The translations under genes and the position numbers were made by a program. A DNA stretch of 64,000 nucleotides, from contig CAZSVP010000003.1 in the NCBI GenBank assembly GCA_964610335.1, forward strand, positions 77,531-141,530, in the 5' to 3' direction. This document shows positions 29,209-38,566 of the stretch, in pieces. The DNA comes from an uncultured Candidatus Saccharibacteria bacterium (GTDB lineage Bacteria; Patescibacteriota; Saccharimonadia; CAILAD01; BJGX01). Below the pieces are notes generated by a model. The model was given only the letters and a program-made list of their open reading frames with translations. It was not told the origin of the DNA and made no database searches. The first letter of the stretch is position 1, and every line of letters begins with the position of its first letter.

Positions 29209-29571
29209 ATGATCCAACTACAACTGTCCGGGCGTAAGTACGAAATAAGTCCTGAGATTGCTAAGTATGTGCGGCAGAAATTAGGTAAGTTGGACAAGTA
29301 CATACCACATAGCCATCCGGCGCGTGGTATGACGGTGGAGATTTTTCGAGATCCTAGTGGGCGCGAAGACAATCGCTACAAGGTGACAGCAATTCTTGAT
29401 GTACCTGGCCAGGAGATCGTTGCCGAAACTGCTACTATCAATCCTCATGCAGCTATTGATATTGTTGAAGCCAAGCTCAAAGATCAAATAAGAAAGTACA
29501 AAGACAAGCACAAACCCAAACGCTTCAGGGTAAAGGAAATGTTTGGGCGCAGCCAAGATAGCCAGAATTAG
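29209..29571 (+). CDS. hpf: Ribosome hibernation-promoting factor (RaiA/YfiA family)
   Basis: 'MIQLQLSGRKYEISPEIAKYVRQKLGKLDKY'; AGGAGG RBS. Confidence 0.8.
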   Translation: MIQLQLSGRKYEISPEIAKYVRQKLGKLDKYIPHSHPARGMTVEIFRDPSGREDNRYKVTAILDVPGQEIVAETATINPHAAIDIVEAKLKDQIRKYKDKHKPKRFRVKEMFGRSQDSQN

Positions 29572-29600
29572 CTGACAGGTTATGTCAGATAAGATATAAT
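29572..29600 (+). promoter_or_regulatory. secA promoter CTGACA-N17-TATAAT overlapping a 6-bp inverted repeat (ctgaca-ggtta-tgtcag)
   Basis: Motifs at 29572-29577 and 29595-29600. Confidence 0.45.
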
Positions 29601-29626
29601 GGATACCTGATTTAATCTGTGAGCTT

Positions 29627-32218
29627 ATGAAACTATTACAAAAAATCTTTGGTGACCCGAACGTGCGTGAGATCAAAAAAACTGATGCACGTATTACTCG
29701 TATCAACGAATTTGAGCCAACCATCAAGAAGCTCACTGATAAGCAATTGCTCGGTAAAACTGCTGAATTTCGCAAAAAACTTGAAGGTAAGGCTAAACTA
29801 GACGATTTGCTCGAGGAGGCCTTTGCAGTTGTTCGCGAGGCAAGCCACCGCACACTAGGTATGCGACACTTCGATGTTCAGCTAGTTGGTGGCATTGTGT
29901 TGCATGAAGGCAAGATTGCCGAGATGCGCACTGGTGAGGGTAAAACTCTGGTAGCCACACTGCCTCTATATCTCAATGCGCTTGAGGGTAAGGGTGCTCA
30001 CTTGGTGACAGTCAACGAATTCTTAGCCCGTCTTGGTGCGGGTTGGAATGGCCCCCTTTATCATGCACTAGGTATGAGTGTGGGTGTGGTAGTCCCCCAG
30101 GGTGCATTTGTGTATGATCCCGAGCACAACGACGAAAGTCACTTTGACAAACGCTTACAACACTTGCGTGAAGTAGAAAAACGCGAAGCTTACGGATGTG
30201 ATATTACCTACGGCACTAACAACGAATATGGATTTGATTATTTGCGTGACAATATGGTGCAAGATATCTCGCAGTGTGTTCAGGGCGAGTTGCACTATGC
30301 CATAGTTGATGAGGTGGACTCTATCTTGATCGACGAGGCTCGTACACCGCTGATCATCTCTCAGCCTTCGGCTAAAAGCTCAGATCGGTATTACCAATTT
30401 GCAGATATCGCCCGCGCCCTTAAGATAGAAACTGACTACACAGTAGATGAAAAAGCTCGCTCAGTAGCCATCACGGACGATGGTATTAAGAAGGTGGAGC
30501 GCAAGATTGGTGTTGATAACCTCTACGATCCGCAGCACATCGAGTCAATACATTTAATTGAGCAGAGCTTGAAGGCTAAGGCCTTGTTCCAGAAAGACAA
30601 AGACTATGTGATCTCAGAAGATGGTGAGGTGATAATCGTCGACGAGTTTACTGGTCGTTTACTACAAGGTCGTCGCTATTCAGAAGGGCTGCATCAAGCC
30701 ATCGAGGCCAAAGAAGGCTTGCAGATCCAAGCAGAGAGTCAAACATTGGCGACTATCACCTTCCAAAATCTATTTCGTCTTTACGATAAGCTGGCTGGTA
30801 TGACTGGTACTGCTGCCACAGAAGCTGAAGAATTTGCCAAGATCTACAGCCTTGAGGTGACTAGTATTCCAACCCATAAGCCAATGATACGCAATGATCT
30901 CAAGGACCGCATTTACAAATCTGAGTCAGCCAAGTTTGCTGCTGTAGTGGAAGAAGTGCGTGAACGTAATCAAACCGGTCAGCCAATCTTGCTAGGTACA
31001 GCCAGTATAGAAAAAAACGAAGTTGTCAGCAAACTTCTAAGTAAGGCCGGCATTGCACATAATATGCTCAACGCCAAAAACAACGAGTCTGAGGCCGAGA
31101 CCATTTCTAAGGCTGGTCAGCGTGGCGCGGTGACACTTGCTACCAACATAGCTGGTCGTGGTACAGATATTGTCCTGGGTGAGGGAGTGGTAGATCTGGG
31201 TGGCTTGCACGTGCTTGGTACTGAGCGTCATGAGTCGCGCCGTATCGACAATCAGCTGCGAGGTCGTGCTGGTCGCCAGGGTGATCCAGGCTCGAGTCAA
31301 TTCTTTGTAAGCCTCGACGATGATCTGATGCGCATCTTTGGCGGTGAGCGTATAGGTACTCTGATGAGTAGTTTGCAATTGCCTGACGATATGCCGATTG
31401 AAAACAAGATGATTACCCGGGCGCTTGAAACAGCCCAAAAACGTGTTGAGGGACATAACTTTGATATCCGTAAACATCTGGTGGAATACGATGATGTTAT
31501 GAACTCGCACCGCGAGGTGATATATAAGCGTCGCAGGCAGTACTTGACTGGCCAAGACATCAAGAAGGGTATGTTGGCAAGTTTTGGGGCAATATTTGAA
31601 CGTATTGTAAGTGCACACACAGATACTCACAACGATTCTCTCGATCTAGAAAAGATTCAGACTGATGCTGGTCAGTTTATAGAACTGCCCAAAGATTGGG
31701 CTACTAAACTACCTAAGAAGTTGCCAGCAGATGTAATAGCCAACTTGTCTGATCTAGCTACCAAGCAGTATGTACGTAAGGAAAAAGAGCTTACAGCCGA
31801 TACTATGCGTATGGTAGAACGTTTTGTTTGTCTTCAAGTAGTGGACAGTGCATGGTTGCGACATTTGGAAACTATGGAACACCTTCGTGAGGGCATTGGC
31901 TTGCGCGGCTATGGCCAACGTGATCCTCTTGTGGAGTATAAGGCTGAAGGGTTCCGACTATTTAATGATTTATTGTCGTCAATCGATGCTGAGATAGCCA
32001 GCTTGATATTCAAGGTACAGCTTCAACCTCAAGAGGTTGAAACCCCACCTCAGACCGAACTTACTCAGGCAGCTGAGCGAGCCATAGAGATCGGTGCCAA
32101 CGAAGATGCTGGTAGTAAGGCAGAGGCCAAATCCAGTCGCAAGGCTAAATCACGTACAGACACTCCGGAGCTCAAACCAATTCGCAAAAAAGCTAAGAAG
32201 AAAAAGAAGAAACGCTAA
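29627..32218 (+). CDS. secA: Preprotein translocase ATPase SecA (poly-Lys C-terminus)
   Basis: 'MKLLQKIFGDPNVREIKK', DEAD-like motor motifs, 863 aa. Confidence 0.95.
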   Translation: MKLLQKIFGDPNVREIKKTDARITRINEFEPTIKKLTDKQLLGKTAEFRKKLEGKAKLDDLLEEAFAVVREASHRTLGMRHFDVQLVGGIVLHEGKIAEMRTGEGKTLVATLPLYLNALEGKGAHLVTVNEFLARLGAGWNGPLYHALGMSVGVVVPQGAFVYDPEHNDESHFDKRLQHLREVEKREAYGCDITYGTNNEYGFDYLRDNMVQDISQCVQGELHYAIVDEVDSILIDEARTPLIISQPSAKSSDRYYQFADIARALKIETDYTVDEKARSVAITDDGIKKVERKIGVDNLYDPQHIESIHLIEQSLKAKALFQKDKDYVISEDGEVIIVDEFTGRLLQGRRYSEGLHQAIEAKEGLQIQAESQTLATITFQNLFRLYDKLAGMTGTAATEAEEFAKIYSLEVTSIPTHKPMIRNDLKDRIYKSESAKFAAVVEEVRERNQTGQPILLGTASIEKNEVVSKLLSKAGIAHNMLNAKNNESEAETISKAGQRGAVTLATNIAGRGTDIVLGEGVVDLGGLHVLGTERHESRRIDNQLRGRAGRQGDPGSSQFFVSLDDDLMRIFGGERIGTLMSSLQLPDDMPIENKMITRALETAQKRVEGHNFDIRKHLVEYDDVMNSHREVIYKRRRQYLTGQDIKKGMLASFGAIFERIVSAHTDTHNDSLDLEKIQTDAGQFIELPKDWATKLPKKLPADVIANLSDLATKQYVRKEKELTADTMRMVERFVCLQVVDSAWLRHLETMEHLREGIGLRGYGQRDPLVEYKAEGFRLFNDLLSSIDAEIASLIFKVQLQPQEVETPPQTELTQAAERAIEIGANEDAGSKAEAKSSRKAKSRTDTPELKPIRKKAKKKKKKR

Positions 32219-32219
32219 T

Positions 32220-32900
32220 ATGGACTTTGGTCATACCGGTTCAAAACATCGCAAAAAACAAATACTGATTGGACTGGTCGGGGTAGTGATAGCGTGCGTA
32301 GCGGCTGCAGCTATTTATTTCTTCTATAAATATGATCAGGCTAGCCAACCCCAGGTGGAGGTAAGTAGCGGTGGTGATCAGAAGGACAATGGCAGTGGCA
32401 TAGCGTTGCCGGGCCTGGACGATTCCGGCCAAACCCCACTTGGTACTCCTACTGGTGATAGTAGCGGTAATAGCGTGGCCCTCAACGGTGGCACAAGTTC
32501 ACCACAACAACAGCAATCTAGCAATCAATCTTCACAGCAACAAAAGCCAGTTCGCTCACAGACATTAGACAATGGGCTTAAAATTGATGAATTCAGCTAT
32601 GGCACCGGCGATCGTGCGACCAAGGTGGGAGATACTCTTGCGATGCACTATATAGGCTATCTTGCAGACGGCAAGGTGTTTGATACTAGTCTCAAAGGTG
32701 AAAAAAAACCATTTGTATTCAAGCTCGGTGCTGGCCAGGTTATACCTGGTTGGGATATTGGTTTGCAAGACATGCATGTCGGAGCGGTGCGCCGGCTTGT
32801 AATACCGGCTAGCTTGGCCTACGGAGCTCGTGGTTATCCGCCAACAATCCCGCCAAACGCTACATTGACTTTTGATGTGCAACTTATGGGGATACAGTAA
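32220..32900 (+). CDS. FKBP-type peptidyl-prolyl cis-trans isomerase, membrane-anchored
   Basis: C-terminal 'GAGQVIPGWDIGLQDMHVGAVRRLVIPASLAYG' FKBP signature; start refined to the ATG right after the secA stop. Confidence 0.75.
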   Translation: MDFGHTGSKHRKKQILIGLVGVVIACVAAAAIYFFYKYDQASQPQVEVSSGGDQKDNGSGIALPGLDDSGQTPLGTPTGDSSGNSVALNGGTSSPQQQQSSNQSSQQQKPVRSQTLDNGLKIDEFSYGTGDRATKVGDTLAMHYIGYLADGKVFDTSLKGEKKPFVFKLGAGQVIPGWDIGLQDMHVGAVRRLVIPASLAYGARGYPPTIPPNATLTFDVQLMGIQ

Positions 32901-32989
32901 GATAAGTAATAAGGCAGATAGCAGAAGTAGTATGGAATTGTTGAACTGATAGCTTTCGTCTTCAGCCTTCAGCCTTTATACTTATTGCA

Positions 32990-34321
32990 ATGAAAGTTGC
33001 AATATTAGGCTATAGTCGTGAAGGACGAGCTGCACTCGAATACTTTTCAAATAAAGGTGATGTGTGTACTGTATTTTATTACTCAAACCCACAAGCTACT
33101 GCAGACTCGCCGATTAATCATATGCCTAGCAGTATAAATACCATAGAAGTGCCTCGTGAGACTGATTATCAGGGCTTATTGGATGATTACGATCTGGTAG
33201 TACGCACAGCTGATGTGCTGCCAACACGTATCAATACTACCTCGCCAATTTGCTCCAACACGATTGAATTCTTCAAGCAGTGCCCGGCACCGATTATTGG
33301 CGTAACAGGTACCAAAGGCAAGGGCACCACAAGCACACTGATAGCCAAATTTCTGGGGGCGGCTGGGCATAGAGTACATCTGGCTGGCAATATTGGCCAG
33401 GCACCACTAGAAATTTTGCCAGATATACAGCCCGACGATCTGGTAGTACTTGAGCTGAGTAGTTATCAATTGATGGACTTAACACAAAGTCCTCATGTGG
33501 CTGTTCATCTGATGATCAGCCCAGATCACTTGGATGTACATACAGATATGGCCGAATACGTGCATGCTAAACGCAACCTATTCGCACACCAGGGTGTTGA
33601 TGATATTGCCGTCTATACTCCTCTCAACGCTTTTTCGTCTCAAAACGTTCAGGTGAGTCCGGCAAGTACCAAAATACCATATGGAGCTGAGCTGAAAGAT
33701 GTCGATGGAGTGCGTGTGGTCGGTGAGGAAATTTTGTATGGAGATGCTGTAGTGGCGAGGTTGAGTGATGTTGCGCTGGTAGGTCGGCATATGCTCGACA
33801 ATGTCTGTGCAGCTATTGCTGCTAGTTGGGATTATGTACCTGATAAATCCATTTACCCCAAAGTTCTGCGTAAGTTCACAGGCCTACCACATCGCCTGCA
33901 AGTAGTAGCTGAGGTAAATGGTGTGCGCTACATCGATGATTCTATCTCGACTGTTCCAGATACAGCTATGGCGGCAATCAGATCTTTTGCGGAGCCAAAG
34001 CAGCTCATACTAGGTGGTTCAGATAAAGGCAACGACTACTCTGATCTGGCAAAGCTGATCGCACAAGATGGCACTATCAAACAGGTCTATCTGTTGGGCC
34101 AAACTGCATCCAAGATTGCCAAGAGCCTCCAAGACGCGGATTTTGATCGTTATAGTGATACACACACAGAACTTACGGAGATAGTACAGCAGGCCTCAAA
34201 AGCTGCTAAGCAAGGCGATATTGTGTTACTTAGCCCAGCTTGTGCTAGTTTTGACATGTTTGGTAGCTACGCCGAACGCGGTGACATTTTTTCAAAAGCA
34301 GCAACAGATCTGAACGAGTAG
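32990..34321 (+). CDS. murD: UDP-N-acetylmuramoylalanine--D-glutamate ligase
   Basis: Mur ligase P-loop 'GVTGTKGKGTTS'; MurD-like N-terminal Rossmann 'MKVAILGYSREG'. Confidence 0.75.
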   Translation: MKVAILGYSREGRAALEYFSNKGDVCTVFYYSNPQATADSPINHMPSSINTIEVPRETDYQGLLDDYDLVVRTADVLPTRINTTSPICSNTIEFFKQCPAPIIGVTGTKGKGTTSTLIAKFLGAAGHRVHLAGNIGQAPLEILPDIQPDDLVVLELSSYQLMDLTQSPHVAVHLMISPDHLDVHTDMAEYVHAKRNLFAHQGVDDIAVYTPLNAFSSQNVQVSPASTKIPYGAELKDVDGVRVVGEEILYGDAVVARLSDVALVGRHMLDNVCAAIAASWDYVPDKSIYPKVLRKFTGLPHRLQVVAEVNGVRYIDDSISTVPDTAMAAIRSFAEPKQLILGGSDKGNDYSDLAKLIAQDGTIKQVYLLGQTASKIAKSLQDADFDRYSDTHTELTEIVQQASKAAKQGDIVLLSPACASFDMFGSYAERGDIFSKAATDLNE

Positions 34322-34368
34322 TTTTATATCTCAAGCATTAGAGGTATAATGGTTTGCAATGAGGACAT

Positions 34369-35955
34369 ATGGCAGATTCATCTGAAACAGGACAACCACA
34401 AACACCTGATAAAGCGTCTACCTATGAGGATATTTTAGGTAAGATTCAACGCGGTGAATCATCTGGTGATGATTTGGCTGCGGCTATTCTAAGTGATTTA
34501 AGTGGTGAGTCCAATATGGATGAGCCTAACAATCCATATGTCGATGAGTTGATTGGTGTGCTAGAAGGTCAAACTGGCGATAACCCACTTCGAGATACTT
34601 TGCTGGATGTACTTCAAAAACTAGCTCAGGGCGGTGAAAAAAACCCATTAAAACCAACAGCCAAGGAGTCAGCTGCTAAAGCAGCAGCCGAGTTAGCAGA
34701 CGAGGACCATGGTAAGAAGTTAATACCAACCTTGGGTGAGATAAGGGCTGACTTTGAAGAGCAGACCGGTTTGCGATTACCGCCTGGCGAAAGGCCGTTG
34801 GACCAAAAACTCGAAGAAGCACGACTTGAAGTAGCACTTATGAGATCAAAACGCGAGGGGCGTCATGTGCTACTGCGCGGGAGTGAGGCTCGAGTAGCCA
34901 AGGCAGAACGCGCATATTGGTTGGTATCGAATGCTCGTGTACAGTGGATATTAACGGAGCGACTAATGGCCGAAGGTGTAGCAGATCAGGATGGTAACAT
35001 AGACGCAGCTAAGGCCTCAGAAATACTTAATTCAGCTGAGTTTCAGACTCAACTGATCCAAGCACAATTAGATGAAGAAGTTAAACTATCGCAGTCAATT
35101 CTAGATGTTCGCACTGGCAAAGCTGGCGGTAATATTGTTAGCCGCTGGGGGCGACGCATGGCTGAACGCTATGCCAAACATCCTAAGGCTAGATCTGGCA
35201 TTGCAGCTGGATTGCTTGGCGTGGGTGCTACAGCTGTTGCCACTGGTGGTGTTTCGTTAGTTGCGGCTGGTGCACTCTATGCTGGGCAGCGAATGCTGCG
35301 TAAGGTGGTAGGCGAACAATATGAATCGAAGGTAAAAGCCCCCAAGTTGGCCAAGAAAACTGAGCAAAAACGATCTGAGTTCCTAACTGGCGACAAAGCG
35401 CGGGCTTTTGGAGATGTGTTATTTAAGGCTTTTACAAAAAAGCTTGATAGTGAGCAAAAGAAAGCCGCCAGGTCTAAACCAGGTAGTATGGCAGAGTTAG
35501 CAAACCAAGTTACCCTTAGGGGCGCTGATCTACCAGAGCTCAAGATACTATTAGCATCTACGTATGAGATGATCAAGAACATTCATGAAAGCGATCCTGG
35601 TAACGAACAAATCCCCGAAAACTTGCCTCAAGCAGAACGGCGTCGGATTGAACTAATCCAAAGGCTGCGAGATACAGGTGTGACCTCCTTAGAAGAGGCT
35701 TTTAGTCAGTTAAGACCCGAGATGATAGCTGATGTTCTGACACTTTCGCTTGATCGTCGGTTGACAGAGACCCGCACACTAGCTCAACAAAGAGCACCTT
35801 GGTTTGCCAAAGGGTCAGATTGGCTAAGGCGTAGTACACGGGCTACCACTGCACGAGTTTGGCGCTCGTTGACTACACTTGATAACGAGGGTGAGGTTGA
35901 AGAGGAATCAGGCTTACCTGGAGGTTTGCCAGCTACACCTCCACCTACTATATAA
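34369..35955 (+). CDS. Hypothetical protein (acidic N-terminal region, central TM, basic/coiled C-region)
   Basis: 528-aa ORF with no recognisable motif. Confidence 0.5.
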   Translation: MADSSETGQPQTPDKASTYEDILGKIQRGESSGDDLAAAILSDLSGESNMDEPNNPYVDELIGVLEGQTGDNPLRDTLLDVLQKLAQGGEKNPLKPTAKESAAKAAAELADEDHGKKLIPTLGEIRADFEEQTGLRLPPGERPLDQKLEEARLEVALMRSKREGRHVLLRGSEARVAKAERAYWLVSNARVQWILTERLMAEGVADQDGNIDAAKASEILNSAEFQTQLIQAQLDEEVKLSQSILDVRTGKAGGNIVSRWGRRMAERYAKHPKARSGIAAGLLGVGATAVATGGVSLVAAGALYAGQRMLRKVVGEQYESKVKAPKLAKKTEQKRSEFLTGDKARAFGDVLFKAFTKKLDSEQKKAARSKPGSMAELANQVTLRGADLPELKILLASTYEMIKNIHESDPGNEQIPENLPQAERRRIELIQRLRDTGVTSLEEAFSQLRPEMIADVLTLSLDRRLTETRTLAQQRAPWFAKGSDWLRRSTRATTARVWRSLTTLDNEGEVEEESGLPGGLPATPPPTI

Positions 35956-35978
35956 CTAACAAAACATAGGAGTTTACC

Positions 35979-36323
35979 ATGAATGACACCCAGATAATCA
36001 TATTAAAAGAACTAGGTATAACTGATGCTAGTCCTGAGAAGCAAGCCGATATACTAGTCAAGATGGCTGAAGTTATTCAAAACCGCGTGGCAGTTAGGCT
36101 TACTGATATACTTACTGATCAGGAGCTGCAGCGCCTGGATGAACTGTCAGACAAAGACCCCGCTGAAATGTTTGCTTGGCTACAGCAAAATGTGCCTACC
36201 TATAATCTACTAGTTCAGGAAGAGACTATTCGGCTTCGCAACGAGCTAAGTCGAGGTTCTGTTGATATTAAGCAAGCTATATCTGAATATATTGATTCAA
36301 AGGCGCAAGCTCAGAGTACTTGA
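35979..36323 (+). CDS. Hypothetical small protein
   Basis: RBS 'ataggag'; 114 aa. Confidence 0.5.
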   Translation: MNDTQIIILKELGITDASPEKQADILVKMAEVIQNRVAVRLTDILTDQELQRLDELSDKDPAEMFAWLQQNVPTYNLLVQEETIRLRNELSRGSVDIKQAISEYIDSKAQAQST

Positions 36324-36348
36324 CAAAATAGTAATTATGTAGTATACT
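36320..36348 (+). promoter_or_regulatory. Strong sigma70-like promoter TTGACA-N17-TATACT reading into the GC-rich island
   Basis: TTGACA at 36320-36325 overlaps the stop of the upstream gene; TATACT at 36343-36348. Confidence 0.5.
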
Positions 36349-36580
36349 GGCCGCGATGATTTGCTATAGAGTAAATCAGTCCTTTTAAAACCGTTTCTGT
36401 AGCAATATGTTCTGGAGGGTCGCTTTTTGTGATACCTCTTTTTTGTTTGGTATTTGCCGATCTAAGGCAGAACCCTGCGTGCTATTGTGTCATCTGCCGC
36501 CCAGTTGATGCATGGCCGCAGGACTCTGCCTTAGTAAATCGTCTGCTCCCGCTCGGGAGCCAAAACCCGAGGAGGGAGCA

Positions 36581-37819
36581 ATGTCCATATTCGGTAATCG
36601 CGATGTGCCAGTGCCTGAAGTTGATGGCATTGGTATGCCTCTAGGTGACAGCAACCGTCACGCCCCACCACGGGACGAGGACGAGCTTGCGGCTCATCTG
36701 GCAGCAGCATTGCGAGCCAAGCAGACCAGCCGACCGTCAGCCCCGCCCGGGGATCCAAAGAACCCCGAGGAGGGAGACATGACGAACCTGGGAGAGATGC
36801 TCGACGACAAGAGTCGAGCCGCCCTCGATCAAGCACGTGCCAGTGCCGAGGCAGCCGTGGACTTCTCGCTCAGCTATGAAGAGTGGGTGCCATGGCTGAA
36901 CGAGCACGGCATTCCGGTACCGAGTTCGGGAGACCCCAACCCGGACGAAGACTGGAAGCAGGTCCGAGCCTTGGTGGGACTCTTCCCGAGCGCGACGCGC
37001 AAGGCGAAGGCTCACTACCGCGAAGTACAGGCTAGTATCGAGAAGCTTCACAGCTACCTTGAGCAGGCCTGGTTGTCAGCCTGCGAACTCTTGGCGCAAG
37101 CCGGAGCGCAGTACGCCAACACCCAACCACCAGAACCAACCAACCCGACAGCCCCTCCGGGGGGCACACCAACCCCTGAGGAGGGCGTCATGAAGACCAG
37201 CGAGCAGATCAAAGTCGAGGCAGCCGAGCTGATGAAGGACTGGGCCAAACCCGAGCTGACCAGCGGTCTCTACCGCTGGGATGCCACGGTCTGGGACACC
37301 AGCCGGATCGGCGATGGCAAGATCGGCTACATTGGCCTCCTCTCGGGGAAGCTGATGTTCAGCCAGATCACGTACCTCGAGGAGTGCGTCGAGCGCGGAC
37401 GGGACCATCCCTTCGACAGCAACGACGTGCTCGACCAGCTCCACGTGCTGGTCCGCGAGTGGCTGAGCCTCGACCCGGCCTTCGTGGCCTTGGACGAGGC
37501 AGATGCCAAGCGCGAGGTGAGTCGGGCGGTCTATCGCGTGTTGCGCGGTGAGATCGCCTTCGACCAGGTGGCTTACGTGCCACCGCTCACCCCTGAGGAC
37601 CGGGCGGCAGCTCTGGCGGCGTCCATCCAGGCCGCAACCAAGCCCGAGGCCAAGAAGGTCAAGGGTCGTCGGCGCGGACGCGACAAGGGTGACAAGCCCA
37701 AGTCCGCCTCGGCGTTGCCCTCACCTCCGGTCACCCCTGTGGTGGTCGGCAGCCCGACCCTCGGTCGGTACGGCATCGCCGCCGCCACCGCCCTCGGTGA
37801 GGTCTGGCAGTCGCGCTAG
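36581..37819 (+). CDS. Island gene A: Pro/Ala-rich hypothetical protein (~412 aa) with a basic C-terminus
   Basis: Very high GC; GGAGGGAG SD 5 nt upstream of the ATG at 36581; two further in-frame SD+ATG units inside. Confidence 0.6.
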   Translation: MSIFGNRDVPVPEVDGIGMPLGDSNRHAPPRDEDELAAHLAAALRAKQTSRPSAPPGDPKNPEEGDMTNLGEMLDDKSRAALDQARASAEAAVDFSLSYEEWVPWLNEHGIPVPSSGDPNPDEDWKQVRALVGLFPSATRKAKAHYREVQASIEKLHSYLEQAWLSACELLAQAGAQYANTQPPEPTNPTAPPGGTPTPEEGVMKTSEQIKVEAAELMKDWAKPELTSGLYRWDATVWDTSRIGDGKIGYIGLLSGKLMFSQITYLEECVERGRDHPFDSNDVLDQLHVLVREWLSLDPAFVALDEADAKREVSRAVYRVLRGEIAFDQVAYVPPLTPEDRAAALAASIQAATKPEAKKVKGRRRGRDKGDKPKSASALPSPPVTPVVVGSPTLGRYGIAAATALGEVWQSR

Positions 37820-37867
37820 TTCGTGGCTGTCAGTGGTTGGTCTCGTTTGCTACAGGAGCGCGAGAGT

Positions 37868-37895
37868 GGTGTGGGGGTCTTCGGACCCCCACACC
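37868..37895 (+). terminator. Perfect 12-bp GC hairpin with a UUCG loop after gene A (no U-tract)
   Basis: 'ggtgtgggggtc-ttcg-gacccccacacc'. Confidence 0.45.
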
Positions 37896-37988
37896 TCAAC
37901 CACACTACTAGGATTAGTATTCCGATTGTGTCGAGTAGACAATTCAACATGCTTGAGACAGTCGGAAACCTGCTCCTGTAGCAACTTC

Positions 37989-38021
37989 AAACCCGTACCT
38001 CGGTGCAAACCGGGGGAATAC
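37989..38021 (+). repeat. Copy 1 of a 33-nt conserved leader element 'aaacccgtacctcggtgcaaaccgggggaatac' (plus upstream 'gctcctgta') preceding gene B
   Basis: Identical to 38519-38551. Confidence 0.8.
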
Positions 38022-38034
38022 CAAGGAGGCCCAC

Positions 38035-38361
38035 ATGGGACTCGCAGATGACCTGGCCGCACGCAAAGCAGCGAAGCAGGCTCCGCCGCCGCCCGCCAAG
38101 ACCACCATCGATGAGGTGGACAAGGCGATCGATGTGGCGCTCGCGCCCATCGTCGACGACTTCACCAAGGTCGTCACGGAGGCCCTCGCGCTCTTCGACA
38201 AGGAGACCGCGAGCGATGACTTCCTGGAGCGACTTCTGGTCGCGTTGGGAGACACCGATCTGCCCACCGGTGACGGCGTGCTCGAGGCCAAGGTGGCCGC
38301 TGCGGTCAACCGCGGCGTCGCCAACGCCATCGCCGCCGTGGTCGCCAACGCGACCAAGTGA
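38035..38361 (+). CDS. Island gene B: small acidic helical protein (108 aa)
   Basis: AGGAGG RBS; ATG at 38035. Confidence 0.6.
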   Translation: MGLADDLAARKAAKQAPPPPAKTTIDEVDKAIDVALAPIVDDFTKVVTEALALFDKETASDDFLERLLVALGDTDLPTGDGVLEAKVAAAVNRGVANAIAAVVANATK

Positions 38362-38373
38362 GCAGTTGCTCGG

Positions 38374-38404
38374 CCACCGGCGTACTCTCGTAGTACGTCG
38401 GTGG
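38374..38404 (+). terminator. 13-bp stem hairpin (one G.U) with a CUCG loop after gene B
   Basis: 'ccaccggcgtact-ctcg-agtacgtcggtgg'. Confidence 0.4.
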
Positions 38405-38518
38405 CATGAGCCACCACACATTCACATTAGATGTATAGAATCGTCTTGCTGATATTTATCTTCATGGCAATGGAGCATTACTTCGGTAGTGATCAGCAAC
38501 CGCGCTCCTGTACAAACC

Positions 38519-38551
38519 AAACCCGTACCTCGGTGCAAACCGGGGGAATAC
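38519..38551 (+). repeat. Copy 2 of the 33-nt leader element preceding gene C
   Basis: Identical to 37989-38021. Confidence 0.8.
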
Positions 38552-38566
38552 TAGTTGGAGACTGTT

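Noticed and set aside
29281-29853. 190-aa ORF antisense to hpf and the secA start
   Set aside because: It overlaps two well-supported genes and the mapped secA promoter, and gives a Ser-rich low-complexity product.
37972-38551. Possibility that the duplicated 33-nt element is a CRISPR repeat or a DGR template/variable repeat pair
   Set aside because: There are only two copies, about 530 bp apart, each positioned as a 5' leader to a start codon. No cas genes, no reverse transcriptase, and no adenine-specific mismatch pattern.
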